A stretch of 63,992 nt of DNA, filler included, from Chiloscyllium plagiosum (Eukaryota), in NCBI RefSeq assembly GCF_004010195.1. It is 4 parts of one record of this genome, joined end to end, with 100 filler letters (N's around TTAATTAATTAA, not from the genome) between each part and the next. Parts side by side here need not be neighbours in the genome. Positions count along the whole stretch, not along the records: positions 33,828 to 56,341 come from NC_057711.1; 3 more parts are not named here. One strand, 5' to 3'. The notes under the pieces are model-generated. The model searched no databases and had not been told where the DNA came from. It was given only the letters and a program-made list of their open reading frames with translations. The position numbers and the translations under genes were made by a program. This document shows positions 37,154 through 50,814 of the stretch, in pieces (the first letter of the stretch is position 1; every line of letters starts with the position of its first letter).

Positions 37154-39467
37154 TGGCAATGTTAATAGTCTAATGTTCCAACCCTCATTAATTAATGAGA
37201 GCTCGGTCTTTTAGACAGTAAAGGACATAATCAGTTATAAAACAGACATTACAGCTGAGCAATTGATTTGTGTGTGAGCAGTTTGTAAACCCACAGCCAG
37301 GCTAACTAGTAGCTGGAGTCACAACCTTGTATAAAAACAGCACATTAAATTCTTAAAGGTGCAGTGTATAAAGGCAAAGTATACATATAATATACATTTA
37401 AAGAAAGTTTAACTATTTCCAATAGCAAGTGAGCCTATCTGACTCAATAACTAATGGATAGATTCTTATGCACCAAGATCCCATGATGGGGATTTTGGCT
37501 GGAGGTCCTGCTGACTTCTATAGACATCATCAATATGGTTTGTCATTCCTGTTTGTGTTGTCAAGTTTGACTTTTATCGGTTGAAGTTGCTACACCAGAA
37601 TCTGCTTATCTTGATGACAATGCATCCAAAGTTTGCAACAGATTTACCGCTGACTAGTCTCATTGCTCAAGCTGTTTCAAGTGGTTCAAATCTTCTTGGG
37701 ATTTATTGAATTGTTCCTTAAGAGCCTCCAGCTCAGTCTGAAGCTTGTGGTTTTGCACAAGTGAATCCTACATGGGTTGTGATCTTCTGTTGGTCCAATG
37801 TATTTTTCTCCTTTTCTAACTGACCAGCCTCTTCATTCTTTCTTACCTCTTCCATATGTTGTTTTATTAACTGTTTCATTTCCAGCTTGAGTTGTTTCAC
37901 TGGAGCACCACTACTGGCATTTATTTCTGGAAGGACTGTCCCATGAGCAACATACAGCTCCTTGTTTGAAACATTGTGCATCTCCACCAATTTTGTAGAA
38001 ATTCAGAAGAAAGTCATGTATTCTGTTTCTTTTTATTCAGTTCTGCACGTGTTTCATGAATAGTCTGCTGTGGTTTCTATTGTGCCTCTGACATCTGATT
38101 GATTCCACAGCTTCTGAGGTGTGGCTGGCTAGTATATTCAGCAATTTCCACAATGTAGAACATCAGACAGCATCTGACTCCAGCACTACTGATCAAACTC
38201 ATGGAATTGTTGAACTGCAGTATGCTGTAGGTAATACATTCCTAGATTTCATTGTGACTTGGGGTGCATGTCTTGTAGAAATCACTGGGGTAATATGCTT
38301 ACCCCTGTGTCAAGCTTATAAGTCACCAGTTTTGTGAGGACATATAGATTGACATTTTGCAAGCTCTTTGGACAGTCAGATGTCATTGATATTTTCCATG
38401 AGATCGATATATGTTCAAGACTCAATGTCTTGTTGTGTACATCATTAGACTCTGATTTGTTTAATCATTTTATGTACAGCCCTCTAGCAGGAGACCTGAT
38501 GATCTGTATTGTAGCTTGCAAAGTAAGATACTCCTTGGTCATGGTCCATTTTGGTTAGTACCTGGCTCTTTATAGCTGTATCAGCCTTTATTGTAGTGGA
38601 CTGCGTCTGCCGATGGGCTTTGCTGCTAAAGCTGGGCATTTCCTTTGTGGAGGCAGAAGGCTACACATTCTGCATGTCTTGCTATGTTTAGGTGTTCTGC
38701 TGATTGTATCAAACACTGAGCTGGTACTTGGGACCTGTAAATTCTGTTGACCAGCGAGAATTGCTTTATTCTTACGTATGGCCATTTTGTAGTTTTTTGC
38801 CACTATAATTTTTCTGGAAAGTTTACAAGGGGAAACACTTAACAATACTGGCTCCCCATCTGGAAAACAAAATCCAGAATAAGTCCTACTTTCTATGTCT
38901 GCTCACAAAGTATTCAATGAATTCTAAAGACTTCTGTTTAAATGGCATGGATTCCAGTGATGAATACAAAACTGTAATCTGACTCTTCTAATGTGGTTCA
39001 CTCTGAGGGTGTTTTAGTTCTTCAACTGTTAGTCTTGTTGTTAAGTCTGTGCTGACTGCTGCCTTCAGTTTCAACAATCTTTTCTTCTGGAGAGATCTGC
39101 CTGATTCTTAAAGGAGTGTTCCATAAAAGCTATACTCACTGCTCTGGACAAATTTCTCCTTCAACATTTCATGAATTCTTTGCACGGTCAGCTGTCTCAA
39201 AGCTTAAAACAACAATATCCACCACTGGTGGCCATGACACTTCAATGATAATTGCTAATCGGGGATTTATTAACTCTGTAGCTTATTGCTTTTAAAGCAG
39301 AACTACACATTATTAGTTATAAAACAAACATCACAGCACAATAGCTAATTTTTGTGTGTGCAGTGTTCACACTGACAGCCAGACTTGCAGAATTACAACC
39401 CTGCATTCACACAACATGCGGGATTCTTAAAGGTGATATCTCGTAAAGGCAAGGAACACATACCACA
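37154..39467 (-). mobile_element. Internally deleted Gypsy-type LTR retrotransposon
   Basis: Diverged direct repeats at about 37154-37396 and 39235-39467 (agttataaaaca.acat.acagc...attcttaaaggtg...taaaggcaa). TGG-starting PBS-like sequence at 39217-39234; knuckle-like TCRMCSLLPPQRKCPA; protease LVTYKLDTGVSILP (DTG at 38303-38311). Confidence 0.8.
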
Positions 39468-40019
39468 GCCTTTGCCTGAATTAGACTATAAACAGGGTCC
39501 TGATGGAAAGTTAAAATTGGGGACTGACAAGGACTTTAAACTAAATAAATCCTTGTCAGGACAGGTTATAAAAATGATTTTAAAAAGACAAGAAGTTGAA
39601 GCTTTTCATCTTTAACTCTTGTTTAATTAAATTTATTGTCAGAGCTAGGACTCAAGAAACAAACTGAGAAGAAAAAGCTGTATAAGATAGTGTCTCTTTA
39701 TTCAAGTCTGTTTCTTGTATCCTAGTTCTGATAACTGTAAGACAAAAAGCTTCACTTTTTTTTTAACAAGACTTTAAAGCAGAAAACTGGGGCAAGGCTC
39801 AATGGAAAGAGTTGTATTTAAACCATTGTTTTCAAGTCCATTCAAAAACAAACAAAAAGGGGTGAGATTAGAACAAAAATCAGAAATAGTACTTCTGCAA
39901 CCAAAGGATAAGGAAAGACTAAAAGATGTAAAGCAGTAAACCAAGAGAGAAAAATAAGTAATAGAAGATGAAAACAGGGGCATAAGGAAAGGTTAAGATA
40001 TATGATCTACATAAGCCTT

Positions 40020-40262
40020 TGTTATAGCTCAGCTGACTGGACAGTGATTTGTAAATCAACTGCCAACAGTGTGGGTTCAGTGCAATGTACTGAAGTTCCT
40101 GCATTGGCTGAGGTTACCATCAGTTGAGGCTCACTTTCCTTCTCAACCTCTCCCCTTGCCTGAGGTGTAGTAGCCCTCAAGTTAAACCACCACCAGTCAT
40201 CTCTCTCATGAAAGCGCAGCCCCATGGTTGCTATAGCATAGGACTATAGCAATATTACCTTT
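40020..40262 (+). mobile_element. Third tRNA-headed SINE type
   Basis: tagctcagctg A-box-like head, ggttcag, and central cctctccccttgcctgaggtg...gttaaaccaccaccagtc block. Confidence 0.6.
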
Positions 40263-40264
40263 AT

Positions 40265-42225
40265 AAGGAACAGATTGAAGGAATTGGAGATGCAAATTTG
40301 ACGTGAATATATGACATGGTAGCCATTATCTCGAGTTGGCTTCAAGATGATCAGACCAGGAACTACACATATCATCTTATGAAGTTTACGGAAAGATAAG
40401 GAAAATAATAAAGGTAAAATCACTTCGATGGTGAGAGAGGATATAACAAGAGGGAAGCAGGTTAAGGAGACTTTATGGACGGAATTAAGAAATAGAGCAG
40501 GAATTTTGACCTGACATCGAGTTGTTCAAAACCCCCGGTAACAATTGTCGAACAGTAGGTTATATTAATGCTGTGATTAGACATATATGTTATAAACGTA
40601 GGATACTTCTAATGGGAGATTTTAACCGTGTGCCATGTATAGTTTCCACAATGATATTTCACAGATCCAATATGTCACAGATTTAACCAGGCCACATGGC
40701 AGGTAGCTTAATACCTTTCATTGGGAAAATGTTAGAGTCGATTATAAAGGATGGAATTGTAGAACATTTAGAAACATATAATATGATCAAGCAGAGTCAG
40801 GATGACTTCATGAAGAGAAAATCATGCCGCAATTACTTGAGGACGTAACAAATGGGATCGATAAATGGAAAACAATAGATATAATGTATTTTGATTTCCA
40901 AAAGATAGTGCATATAAGATATGAGCTCATGGTGTTAGGGTTACAATATTAGCATGGATAGAGGATTGGCTAACTAATAGAAAACAGAGCGTTAAGATGA
41001 AGAGTGAATTTTCAGGATGACAACCTGTAGCTACCACAGAGATCACTATTCAGGTCATGGTTATTTAGAAGATATATTAATGATGTGGATGATATAAGTC
41101 AATGTAGTGCAGCCAAGTTTGTGAATAACAGAAAAATACGGAAGGCAAGTGGTGAGGATAATGCAATGAGTCTGCAGCGGGATATAGACTGGTTAAGTGA
41201 GTGGGCAACAATAAGGATATGGAATATAATGTTGGAAGATGTGGAATTATGCACATTGGCGAGAAGAGGAGAGGTGCTGGATATCATTTAAATGGACAAA
41301 TATTGTAGAAAGCAGCAGCATGAGTATTTGGAGGCCTTTATGCATGAATTACAAACAAAAGATCCAGGTTTCATGGGTAATCAGCAAGATTAAATTTTAC
41401 CTATTTTTATTTATTCATTTTTTGTGGGATCTAAGTGTCGCTGGCTGGCCAGCATTTGTTGCCTTTTCCTAGTTTCCTTGAGAAGATGGTGGTGAATGGA
41501 ATATCGTCATCTTATTAATACAGAATTGAGTAGAAAAGTAGAGATAATTGGATTCCTGATGAAGGACTTTTGCCCGAAATATCGACTCTACTGTTCATCG
41601 ACTGCTGCCTGACCTGCTCTGCTTTTCCAGCACCACAGCATCCAGCACTCGAAAACTAGAGATGTCTTGCTAAGATTATACAAGGCACTAGTTTGATCAT
41701 ATCTAGATAACTGTGAACAGTTTTGCTTTCCTTACCTAAGGAAAAATATATGGGGATTGGAGGCAGTCCACAGAAGCTTCACATGGCTAGTCTTGGCTGT
41801 GATGGGATTTTCTTATGAGGACAGGCTGAGTAGGTTGGCCCTGTACTCATTGGAGTTTAGATGAATCAGAGTAGAAACAGGCGTTAACAGGATAACTAAG
41901 GAGACATTGTTTCTGCTTGTGGGCCAATCTAGAACCAGAGGTAAGAATCTCAGAGGAAGGGATTTAAGATAGAAATGAGAAATAATTATTTCTGTAGTGA
42001 ACCTATGAAGTTCTTTACCATAGAGAGTTATCAAGGTTGGGTCATTAAGTGTATTAAAGGCTGAGATAAACATATTTTTAATCAGGAAGGGAATCAATGG
42101 TTATGGGGAAAAGGTAGGAAAGTGAGTTGAGGATTGTGAGATCAGCCATGACCTCATTGAATGATGGAGCAGACATGTTGGACTGACTGGATTACAGTGG
42201 TTCCTATGTCTAATTGTCTAATTAT
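40265..42225 (+). mobile_element. Old CR1 LINE (endonuclease and RT remnants) with a small PLE-repeat insertion at about 41546-41650
   Basis: MGDFN, YFDFQK and AKFVNN motifs; CR1 3' UTR; insert flanked by gaaaa(g/c)tagagat. Confidence 0.8.
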
Positions 42226-42242
42226 AGGGAAATGACCGGGAA

Positions 42243-42592
42243 ATGGTGGCATAGTAGTAATGCCACTGGCTTAGTAATCTAAAGGCAAAGAGTGAGATTC
42301 AAGTGAGGCATTTAGATGGAATTTAAATCCAATGAATTAATCTGGAATGTAAAACTAGTCTCAGTAATAGCAACCATGAAACTGTAACTGATCATTGTAA
42401 AAACTATTTGATTCACGAATGTCCGTTTCAAGAAACAAATCTGCCACCTTTATCCAGTCTACCTTACATGTGACTCCAGAATCACAGCTATGTGGTTGAT
42501 TCTTAACAGTTCTCTGAACAAGTCACTCAGTTCAAGGACATCAGGGATGGCCAATAAAGGCTGCTGCCCACATCCCATGAAAGAATAATGAA
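42243..42592 (+). mobile_element. Second SINE family (tRNA-like head, central domain, LINE-family-2 tail)
   Basis: tggcatagtagtaatg...aaatctgcc...tacatgtgactccaga...cactcagttcaagg...cccacatcccatgaaagaata. Confidence 0.8.
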
Positions 42593-42719
42593 AAAAGGTA
42601 GTGAGCCAGATGTCATTAGTGGCCTGTACATAGATGAATATTTATCTAATATGATCAAATTCTGCATAATATCTGCAAGAGAGAAACACAAAACAATTGC
42701 TTGATGTTTAACTTTAAGC

Positions 42720-42945
42720 AGGAGAAAGTGAGGACTTCAGATGCTGGAGATCAGATTCAAAAAGTGTTGCACTAGAAAAGCGTAGCAGATCAGGAAGCAT
42801 CTGAGGAGCAGGACAGTTAATGTTTCAAGCATAAGTCCTTCATCAGGAATAATTCCTGATGAAGGGCTTATGCCGGAAACATCTATTCTCCTGCTCCTTG
42901 GATGCTGCCTGACCTGCTGCGTTTTTCCAGTGCCACACATTTTAG
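42720..42945. mobile_element. Older fold-back pair of PLE pseudo-LTRs
   Basis: Centre cttcatcaggaat-a-attcctgatgaag; arms diverged. Confidence 0.8.
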
Positions 42946-43074
42946 CTTTAATAGGTTCATTTTCAATGGGAAAATAAGATACACACAGGGATCTGTACAA
43001 AGTGATAATTGGTAAAATAATAGATGATCAGTTCAAAATGCAATTTAATGTGATATCGAGCCAGTTTATACTTC

Positions 43075-43709
43075 TGTTATGGACTAGGCAAGACCACTCA
43101 AAACATTCTAGAGCAGGCAGCCCAGACCATAACTTTGCATTTTATTTCAGTAAGTGTACAGTGAAAATTACCATGATTAAGTTAGCGAGTTTGACTACCA
43201 GGTTTCAAACAGACAAAAAATTTATTCACAAAATTACACAATGAAACATGAAGAACAAAATAAAGAACTCCTAGAGAACTCAGACTATCTAAACTAGACT
43301 TATGTATGCTGTTCCGAATACACACAACAGTCCCAATAAGCAAACCCCTTTAAACACAGTACAAAAAAGAATCAGATGCTTCCAGGTTGAACTTAGAATG
43401 GAGAGCAGAAAGAGTTTCCTCACAGCTCACTGTTGAACTCCCAACCAGTTCTGGACTGAACTAAACTGCTCATCTAGAGAGCTGACCACTCCCCTTTCAT
43501 TCTCCAAGTTACTTCTCCAACATAACTACTTTGGCCTGAAGTCTTATTTGCTTACATATAAACAAAAGGCCTTTCAAAATCCATCTCTGTACCAAACTAG
43601 TCTGAATGGAGCCCGGCCTGGTTTATTACCCCTCTGAAAAAAATCAAGTACAGAGTATCCTTGAGCCAAGGAACAGCTTTAAGAAAAAAAAAGGACTAGC
43701 TTTGTAACA
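43075..43709 (-). mobile_element. Probable solo LTR
   Basis: TGTTA...TAACA termini, 635 bp, tttatt (AATAAA on minus) at about 43221; TSD imperfect. Confidence 0.6.
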
Positions 43710-43714
43710 GCCTC

Positions 43715-46430
43715 AAGGGCTTGCCAAAGAAGACAGTCATGGTCTGTTGAAGAGGTAACAGGCAAAATAAAACTAAACAAAATAAAACATTTTTTTAAAG
43801 CACAGATTCTGGTGACTAGGAAAGAACAACAAAGGAAGACAAGTCAGATAATTGGAGTTTAAAACATCATGAAAAGAAAGCATGATTGAAATTTATACAA
43901 ACAATTTACAATTATGTCGGAATTAGAAGAAAAACTGATGATGATGATGATATTGTGAGTGAAAACATTGAATAGGCAAAATAATTACTTTGTTTCTGAT
44001 TTAGAGTAGAGGAATACAGCAGAGAAAGAAGCCAACATGTTGAACATCACAAGAAAACTGACTTTGAATCAGCAGCAGTGGCTCACCAAAACAAGTAACT
44101 AAAGTAATAGCAGTAATGGCATTAAAGAATGATAAATCACCAGGACCAGATGGTTTCCAATCCAGGGATTTAAAGGTACTTGGGCAAGATAAATTGGATT
44201 ATAACATTCCAAAATTATTTCAATGTAGGAACTGTTCTGTTAAATTGGAAAGTTGCACATATCATTCTGATATTTAAGAAACCAGAGAGAAAAAAAATTA
44301 TGATCAGTTTGCCTAATATCTGTTGTTGGAAAACTATCAGAGCCATAATTAAGGGTTAACTGAGTTAATTGAAAATTTTCAGTTAATCAGTAATAGTCAA
44401 CATGCACACAGTGAGAACCTCCTGATATATGTCAACAACCTAGATACTGGTGTATAGCAAACAATTTCAAAGTTTGTAGATGATACAAAAACCTGGATAC
44501 ATTTTGAACAGTGACTAAATTAGTGTAGACCTTCAAAAGGACATATAAAGGTTGGTAGAATGGATGGATAAGAAGCAGATGAAGCTCAATAAAAAGAAAT
44601 GTGAAGTTATTCATTTTAGTGGGAAGAACATGAAGAGATAATATAAACTAAATGACAAAACATTAAAGTGGGTGCAGGATCAGAAGAAGGTGGATTTACA
44701 TGTTCATAAGTTTTGAAGGTAGCAATATAGGTTGAGAGTGTAGGTAATAAAGCAAACTGTACTACAGGCTTTTTTAATATGGAGCATAGAGGAGAAGAAG
44801 GGGGTTATGTTGAACCTGTATAAAACACTAATTTGTTCTCAGCTGGTGCATTGTATCTACTTCCGGGCATGCCATTTTTTAAAGAATGAGAGGCATTGAA
44901 GAAAGTGGAGAAAAGATTAATGAGAATGGTTCTTGGATGAAGAACTTCAGTTATGAAGGTACATTGGGTAATTGTAACTACTTTCCTTGGAGTAAGCTGA
45001 GAGGATATTTGACAGAGATATTCAAAATCCTGAGAGGTCTGGGCAGAGTAGATAGTGAAAGAATCAAAATTGTGAGGACAAAATTTGATATTATTGGGAA
45101 AAGAAACAAAAGAGATATGAGAAAAAAAACATTTTCCTGGGGAATGTGGTTAAACTCTGGGATGCACTGTCCAAGTGTGTAGTGGAGGCAGGTTGAAATG
45201 AAACATCCAAAAGGAAATTAGACTGATATCTGAGAAGTAAGCTATGGGGAGAAAATGGAAGAATGGCATTGTGAATTACTCGGAAATCCCACAGAGATAA
45301 AATGATTCGAATGGTCTCCTACTGTGCAGTATCAATCCTATGAAAATGGTGCAAATCCAAAGGGACTTGAGGCAGTGGTGGGGTTTGAGGTGGAGGGGTG
45401 GGGAGTGAGTGAGTGTCAGGGGTGGATGTTCATATCTGTACACAATTAAATTGTCATGAATAGATAACCATTTTTTTAAAAAGTTAATGAAATGCTGGTT
45501 TTTGGAGCCACAGGAATAAAATAGTAAAAATCATGCTTCAGTTATTAAAAGTTTAGCCCACACCTGAAATACAGCAAGCAGTTCTGGGTATTAATCTCAA
45601 GGAAGGAGTTTTTAAAATCTGCATTCACAGGATGAGGGTGTCACTACCTAGGTCAGCATTGACTGACCCTTCCTAACTACCCAGAGGGTATTTAAGAGTC
45701 AATCACATTGGAGTGGGTGTAGATTTTCTTATAGGCCAGTACAGGTAAGGATGGCAGTTTCCTTCCCTGAAGGACATTAATGAACCAGATGGGTTTTTCC
45801 CACAACAATCAATTCATGGTCATCGTTAGGCACTTAGTTCCAGATTTTTATTTAATTCAAATTCCACCATCTGCCATGGCGGGATTTAAACATGGGTCCC
45901 AAGAATATTACCTGGGTCTCTGGATTAACAGCCCATTGATATTACCATTATGCTGTTTCCTTTCCTTTCGAGGGAGTGCTATGTATATTTATCAGATATA
46001 CATCTTCAAGGTCAAAGTATGAGAAGAGAGGTAACACAAATTAAAAGATTTTTTCCCTGAATTTCATGAGTTTAAATAATTATTTGATTGAATTTATCAA
46101 GATATTAATGGGAATAGGTAGGTTAGAGAGAAACCGTTTCTACTGGTTAAGGAATATAGACTAGATAGTCTTAAAATCAAATCTAGACTATTCATGAATG
46201 ATTTTAAGAAACATTTCTATGTACAAAGGGTATTAGAATTTGAAATTCTGCTACTGAAGATTGGGGCTAGATCAATAGATAATTTTCTAGCTTAGATCAA
46301 TAGTTTTTGTTATCCAATAAATTGTTACTTTATGGAGCAAAGGTAGATCTCTGGAGCATAGATCAGTCATGAATAAATCAGGTAGTGAACGAGTCCTAAG
46401 AGGCTTCTCCTTTTGCTACCTTCCTACATT
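43715..46430 (+). mobile_element. Very old CR1 fragments; second-family SINE (-) at about 45610-45950
   Basis: KSPGPDG, SKFVDDTK and LYKTL remnants; SINE body ggatggcagtttccttccctgaaggacatt. Confidence 0.75.
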
Positions 46431-46497
46431 AAAAAAAAAGTACAATTATTCATTAGTAATCCTTCTGGAATAACATTAATGCTTTGCATCTAGTATC

Positions 46498-46584
46498 AAA
46501 TATTAATGGCTAATCTGAAGAAAGGTCACTGGACCCGAAATATTAATGGCTAATCTGAAGAAAGGTCACTGGACCCGAAATATT
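46498..46584 (+). repeat. Exact 40-bp tandem duplication containing a degenerate hammerhead core
   Basis: (aaatattaatggctaatctgaagaaaggtcactggacccg)x2 followed by aaatatt. Confidence 0.9.
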
Positions 46585-46971
46585 GATTCTGTTTTCTCTC
46601 CACAGATGGTGCCAGACCAATTTCCATTTTTGTTAATAGCCAGTCTGTTTGGTCCTTTCATCCTTGTTTAATAAGCATGAATTCCTCCCAAGTTTATTAC
46701 CTAACAAATAAGTTATTATGCATAAAGAAATGTAAACTATCAGCCCTATCAATTATTTATCTTGAAGTGTTACATCTATCACATAATCCGCAAAAGGATA
46801 AATATTATTTTTGAAAAACGTATGAATTAACCATGCAGTGACAGAATTAAATTTTAAGAACACAAATTAAAGAATGATCAATTTTAACTTGGCTTTCTTC
46901 CAACAACCTCCAATAATAATAATAGACAGTTAAACAATTGAAACATTTGAGTTTTTTCCTGTACTATTTAC

Positions 46972-47056
46972 CTGTGGTTCTGCCTCTAAATTAATCTTGA
47001 AGGGATTTGCCTTGCCATCTTCAGTGACTTGAGGAGACCAAAGCTTAGTTTCAGGC
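46972..47056 (-). CDS. PDLIM3: PDLIM3 coding exon 3, 85 bp
   Basis: ttttgtttgcttgtgtcccag|GCCTGAAACT...GAACCACAG|gtaaat. Translates to (R)[28 protein letters not shown] versus recalled human PDLIM3 RGETHLWSPQVSEDGKAHPFKINLESEPQ, closer than PDLIM1 or PDLIM4. Splices in frame to 47391-47542 across a 334-bp intron. Confidence 0.95.
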
Positions 47057-47390
47057 CTGGGACACAAGCAAACAAAACCTCAACAACTGCATTTTCGCTT
47101 TTCATTGTTAATGCACTCAAATCATTTACGGAAAATGCACAGATCAGCAAACACGAGGGATGTTAGGATAGAAAATGACGACAGTACTTGTGCTAGAAAA
47201 AGCATTTGGTTTGTGTTAAAAAGAGTAACTCTCAATGACAGTCACAATGAGCAGTTCTTTTCTTTATTGTGCTGTCTAGTCCTTTGCTGCACATGCAACG
47301 CTGGAACAGTTCTTCTATAAGGAGTCAATGTTCCCTGTAAATCTGTTTTAATTTATTGATGATATAATATTGTACTATAGCCATACTAAC

Positions 47391-47542
47391 CGGTTGATCT
47401 TGAGGCTTAACTGACTGGTAGCAGCCTTGATCCTATTCTGAGCATCAACATGTGTCATAGCATCTGTACTTATTCCGTCAATGGCTAGGATAACATCACC
47501 AGGGGAGAGATTAGCTAGTGATGCCTTGCTTCCAGGTGTTAC
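47391..47542 (-). CDS. PDLIM3: PDLIM3 (ALP) coding exon 2, PDZ domain, 152 bp
   Basis: Minus strand reads tttaaatctctag|GTAACACCTGGAAGC...AAGATCAACCG|gttagt. Translates to [50 protein letters not shown](R), matching the PDLIM3 PDZ segment as I recall it ([23 protein letters not shown]...MTHADAQDRIKAA). Ends in phase 2, compatible with the next exon. Confidence 0.95.
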
Positions 47543-50500
47543 CTAGAGATTTAAACCACATCAGAATTTTGTTTAGTATTAGTGGACAATATAGATCATG
47601 ATTGTAAACTTAATTGTACAAGAGTTAATACCAGCTAAATATAGGGACAAAGTTGGTTGTATTCCCATTGATCGCAGAACAGTAAAGTGTAAGGTACCAA
47701 CAGTGGGATGAACATCTCTTGAAAATTCAATTGTCTTATGCTTTTCCAGAAAAGTGCATGGTACAAATGTAGTTCCCTTAAATAACAGAATTGCCCACAT
47801 ATTAGATGTAAAACATAACCTGCATAAAGAGTTCTTCTTGTCTATTTTATCCACTTCACCTTCCCTTGGTTCTCTTGAAAGTGCTTAGCACTGCTATACT
47901 ATGGCTCTACTAATTTCAGGTGATTTTTACTTCTTTGATCAACAGGGCATTCATATGTGATATCCAACAACATATGAGCCTCACATGTGAGTCTAATCAT
48001 TCCTCTGTGAGCAACAAGTAACATAGTTCATTGGAAAATGATTCTGACTAATTTACTTCTTGTTAGTCCTGTGAGGTATAAAGGCTGTTCAATTAAATTA
48101 TTACCACTATAAGGTTAGTAGAAAATCAGAGTATTGATTGTAACGTGTTGCATAACTATTAAATGGCATAGAATTGTAATGATAGATCACATTCCCTCCA
48201 TGAGGGGGTTCCTGTTCCCAGTCACTAACTAGTACCTCTCAATATGGGGAGGCGTAACTTGGCTCCTCTCTTTTCGAGTTCACTCACTGACCTTTATAAA
48301 GAATTGGTTCTTTTTCAGCTTGGTCCATAGCTCTGTCTAATAAAAGTGTAGTTACCCAATGTAAGGAGTCAATTACGAGATTTTCTTGATTGAAAGAAAG
48401 AGCAATTTGATTACCTGCTACTCCTTAAAAAAAATAATAAAGATGTGATACCAACTATACATACACACACGTAGAAAATTGAAGAGGGATAGTCTACAGT
48501 ATAAAAAGAAGATAAGGATATACAGTTTAATGCCCTTAGAGTATCCTTGAGTGGGCATTAGAATATCAACTGGATACCCTGGTTGTATGGATGTCTGGTA
48601 TTCTCAATGATGGTGAAAAGTTAGATCTCTTTAAGCTCTTGATCTCTAGATGTTTCGCTCTGTTTGCATTGTCACTAGGTGATTTGTCCTTTACAAGATA
48701 GTGAACACTTCACTCATCTAGTTCCAGGCAAAAATAATTCTCTCCCAGTTCTGACAAAAGTAGTCCCCTGAAATACAGCTGGTTTGTGTATTTCAGTGTT
48801 CATTGTTCATTGCTTTGAACTTTGATAATTGCAGCTAATGGCTTTCATCTTCAAAATGACTTGTCAGTCAGGTGGAAATCAAAAAAGATGAGTTTCTTCT
48901 TGCCCGACTGATTGATCTAGTTTCAGAATCTTTTGATTAAAATATTAATTTCAGCTCAGATGCTTTCATTTATTCCACATTGGCTTCACAAAGCTTAGCT
49001 AGCCTGTATGGTCAGCTGATTACTGTGGTCAATTTTAAACCATTTTTAAAATCATTTCCATCCAGTCACAGATATTAAAAGCAGATGACGGAAGTTGAAA
49101 ACCAAGAATTTATATTTTTAGATCACTATTGTGACAAAGGCCACTGGGCGATGTCAAGGTTAGACTGATACCCTGCATGGCCAAGCAATCCACCAGCATG
49201 AACCCCTACAATATTGAACTATCTGTGAACACAATATATCAAGGATCACACATAAACTGTGGTCATTTGGTTACCACTGATGCATACTCAGTAACAGGCC
49301 AAGGATGGGAAAGGAGAATGAACAGTGAATTGATAAAATTGGATTGTTAATTTAAAATATTATACTGGTGCATATTTTTCACAAACAAAACCATATTTTT
49401 GGATCTAAACTAAATTATGGAAAAAGATTTTCACCCAGGCTGCTTCTAAATATTGGGAAGTAAAATACAAGCGATGTTACTATTTAAAGATAAATGGTTT
49501 TATATCAAAGCAAAGGAAATAGTAGTCAGAGGAGATCGTATGACCCAGCAAACCTGTTGCAATGATGCTATATTGATGAAATATTGGTGGTATGATTGTT
49601 GCTTTCTTTTATTGTACATTTTGCACAAGATACTTGCCCAATGTAGTAGCTGCAACATTGCTAAATAGGCAAGAATTTGACACTTTTCACTGCAGCACAT
49701 CAGCACTATTGCATTATCCTTTTATTTCCGGGAATCTGGATTTAAAGCCATTTTGTACAAATGGATGAAAATCAGCACATGAGCTTTAAGGTTTCTCTAA
49801 GAAGTAAGCTTTTGGACTATCAATGCAGTTCATGTAGGGTAAAAAATAAAAATCACACTGTGAAAAACACTATTGAAGTTAAAACCCTTGGATTATCAAA
49901 GATGAAAAATAATTAATTTCCCAATAATGGTCTCACTGTTCAACAGAATAATTCACATCCAACTGAATTTTTGAAGACTTTATTTATGAACCCAGATTTT
50001 AATTAAATGCTTAGTAATAAACGTGGTTGGAGGAGTCTCACTGAACAGGAAACTCAGCTATGAGATATAGAACTGTTTCTGAGCCATGTCAATGAAACTA
50101 GAACAGCATCAGAATTCTGAAACAGCAACTGAAAAGTAACATATTAATATCAATAAATTTATGTATCACCCCCCCTCCCCAACTGAAATAAAGGGGAGGG
50201 TTCTTGGCAAAAAAATAGGTTTATAAAGATAGATAGATATGCAAGCTCAAAGTTTTGTTATATTGTGACTCAGGAAAGAAAACCATACATTCTTTCTTAA
50301 AATCCTTATCAGAGGAAGCAGAAGGGAATTTGAAAAGAGTAATGGAAAAATGCTAGGATTTTAGATTCCAGGCCAATTTCAAAACAACTAAAAATGCTCC
50401 GTCACAAGCTGCATGTAGATTAAAGAAATGATATCATGTTCTTTGCTAACCTAAAGTTAGTATGACATGACTAACTAAACATTCCATGTCGGCACTGACT

Positions 50501-50814
50501 AATTTGAAGGTATACTGAAAGAACAAAAAACAAGACTGAAGTCTATATTAGCCATCATTAACATTGCATTCTACCCCTGGCCCCACAGCCTCATGACTGC
50601 CTTTGTCATACCAAGAGTGTTACTTACTTTTGGTTAACTCTAGTTAGCCAAAGGATTGGATAGAGTTCATTTATAGTTGTATACATTCCTGGTCACAAAT
50701 CACAGGCAATCTGGCAATGTCACTCACAGTTGATCAACAAAGATGTTTTGGTATTTAAGGAATTGATGAATGAAATTTCAGGGTTTTATTTTTGTATGAA
50801 TTTTTTTATGTTTC

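Noticed and set aside
42600..42700. Strong minus-strand acceptor (gttttgtgtttctctcttgcag) in PDLIM3 intron 3
   Set aside because: Stop within six codons in the phase required after exon 3 and no convincing donor.
48175..49136. Possible solo LTR (TGTAA...TGACA)
   Set aside because: Only weak termini, no TSD and no second copy in the window.
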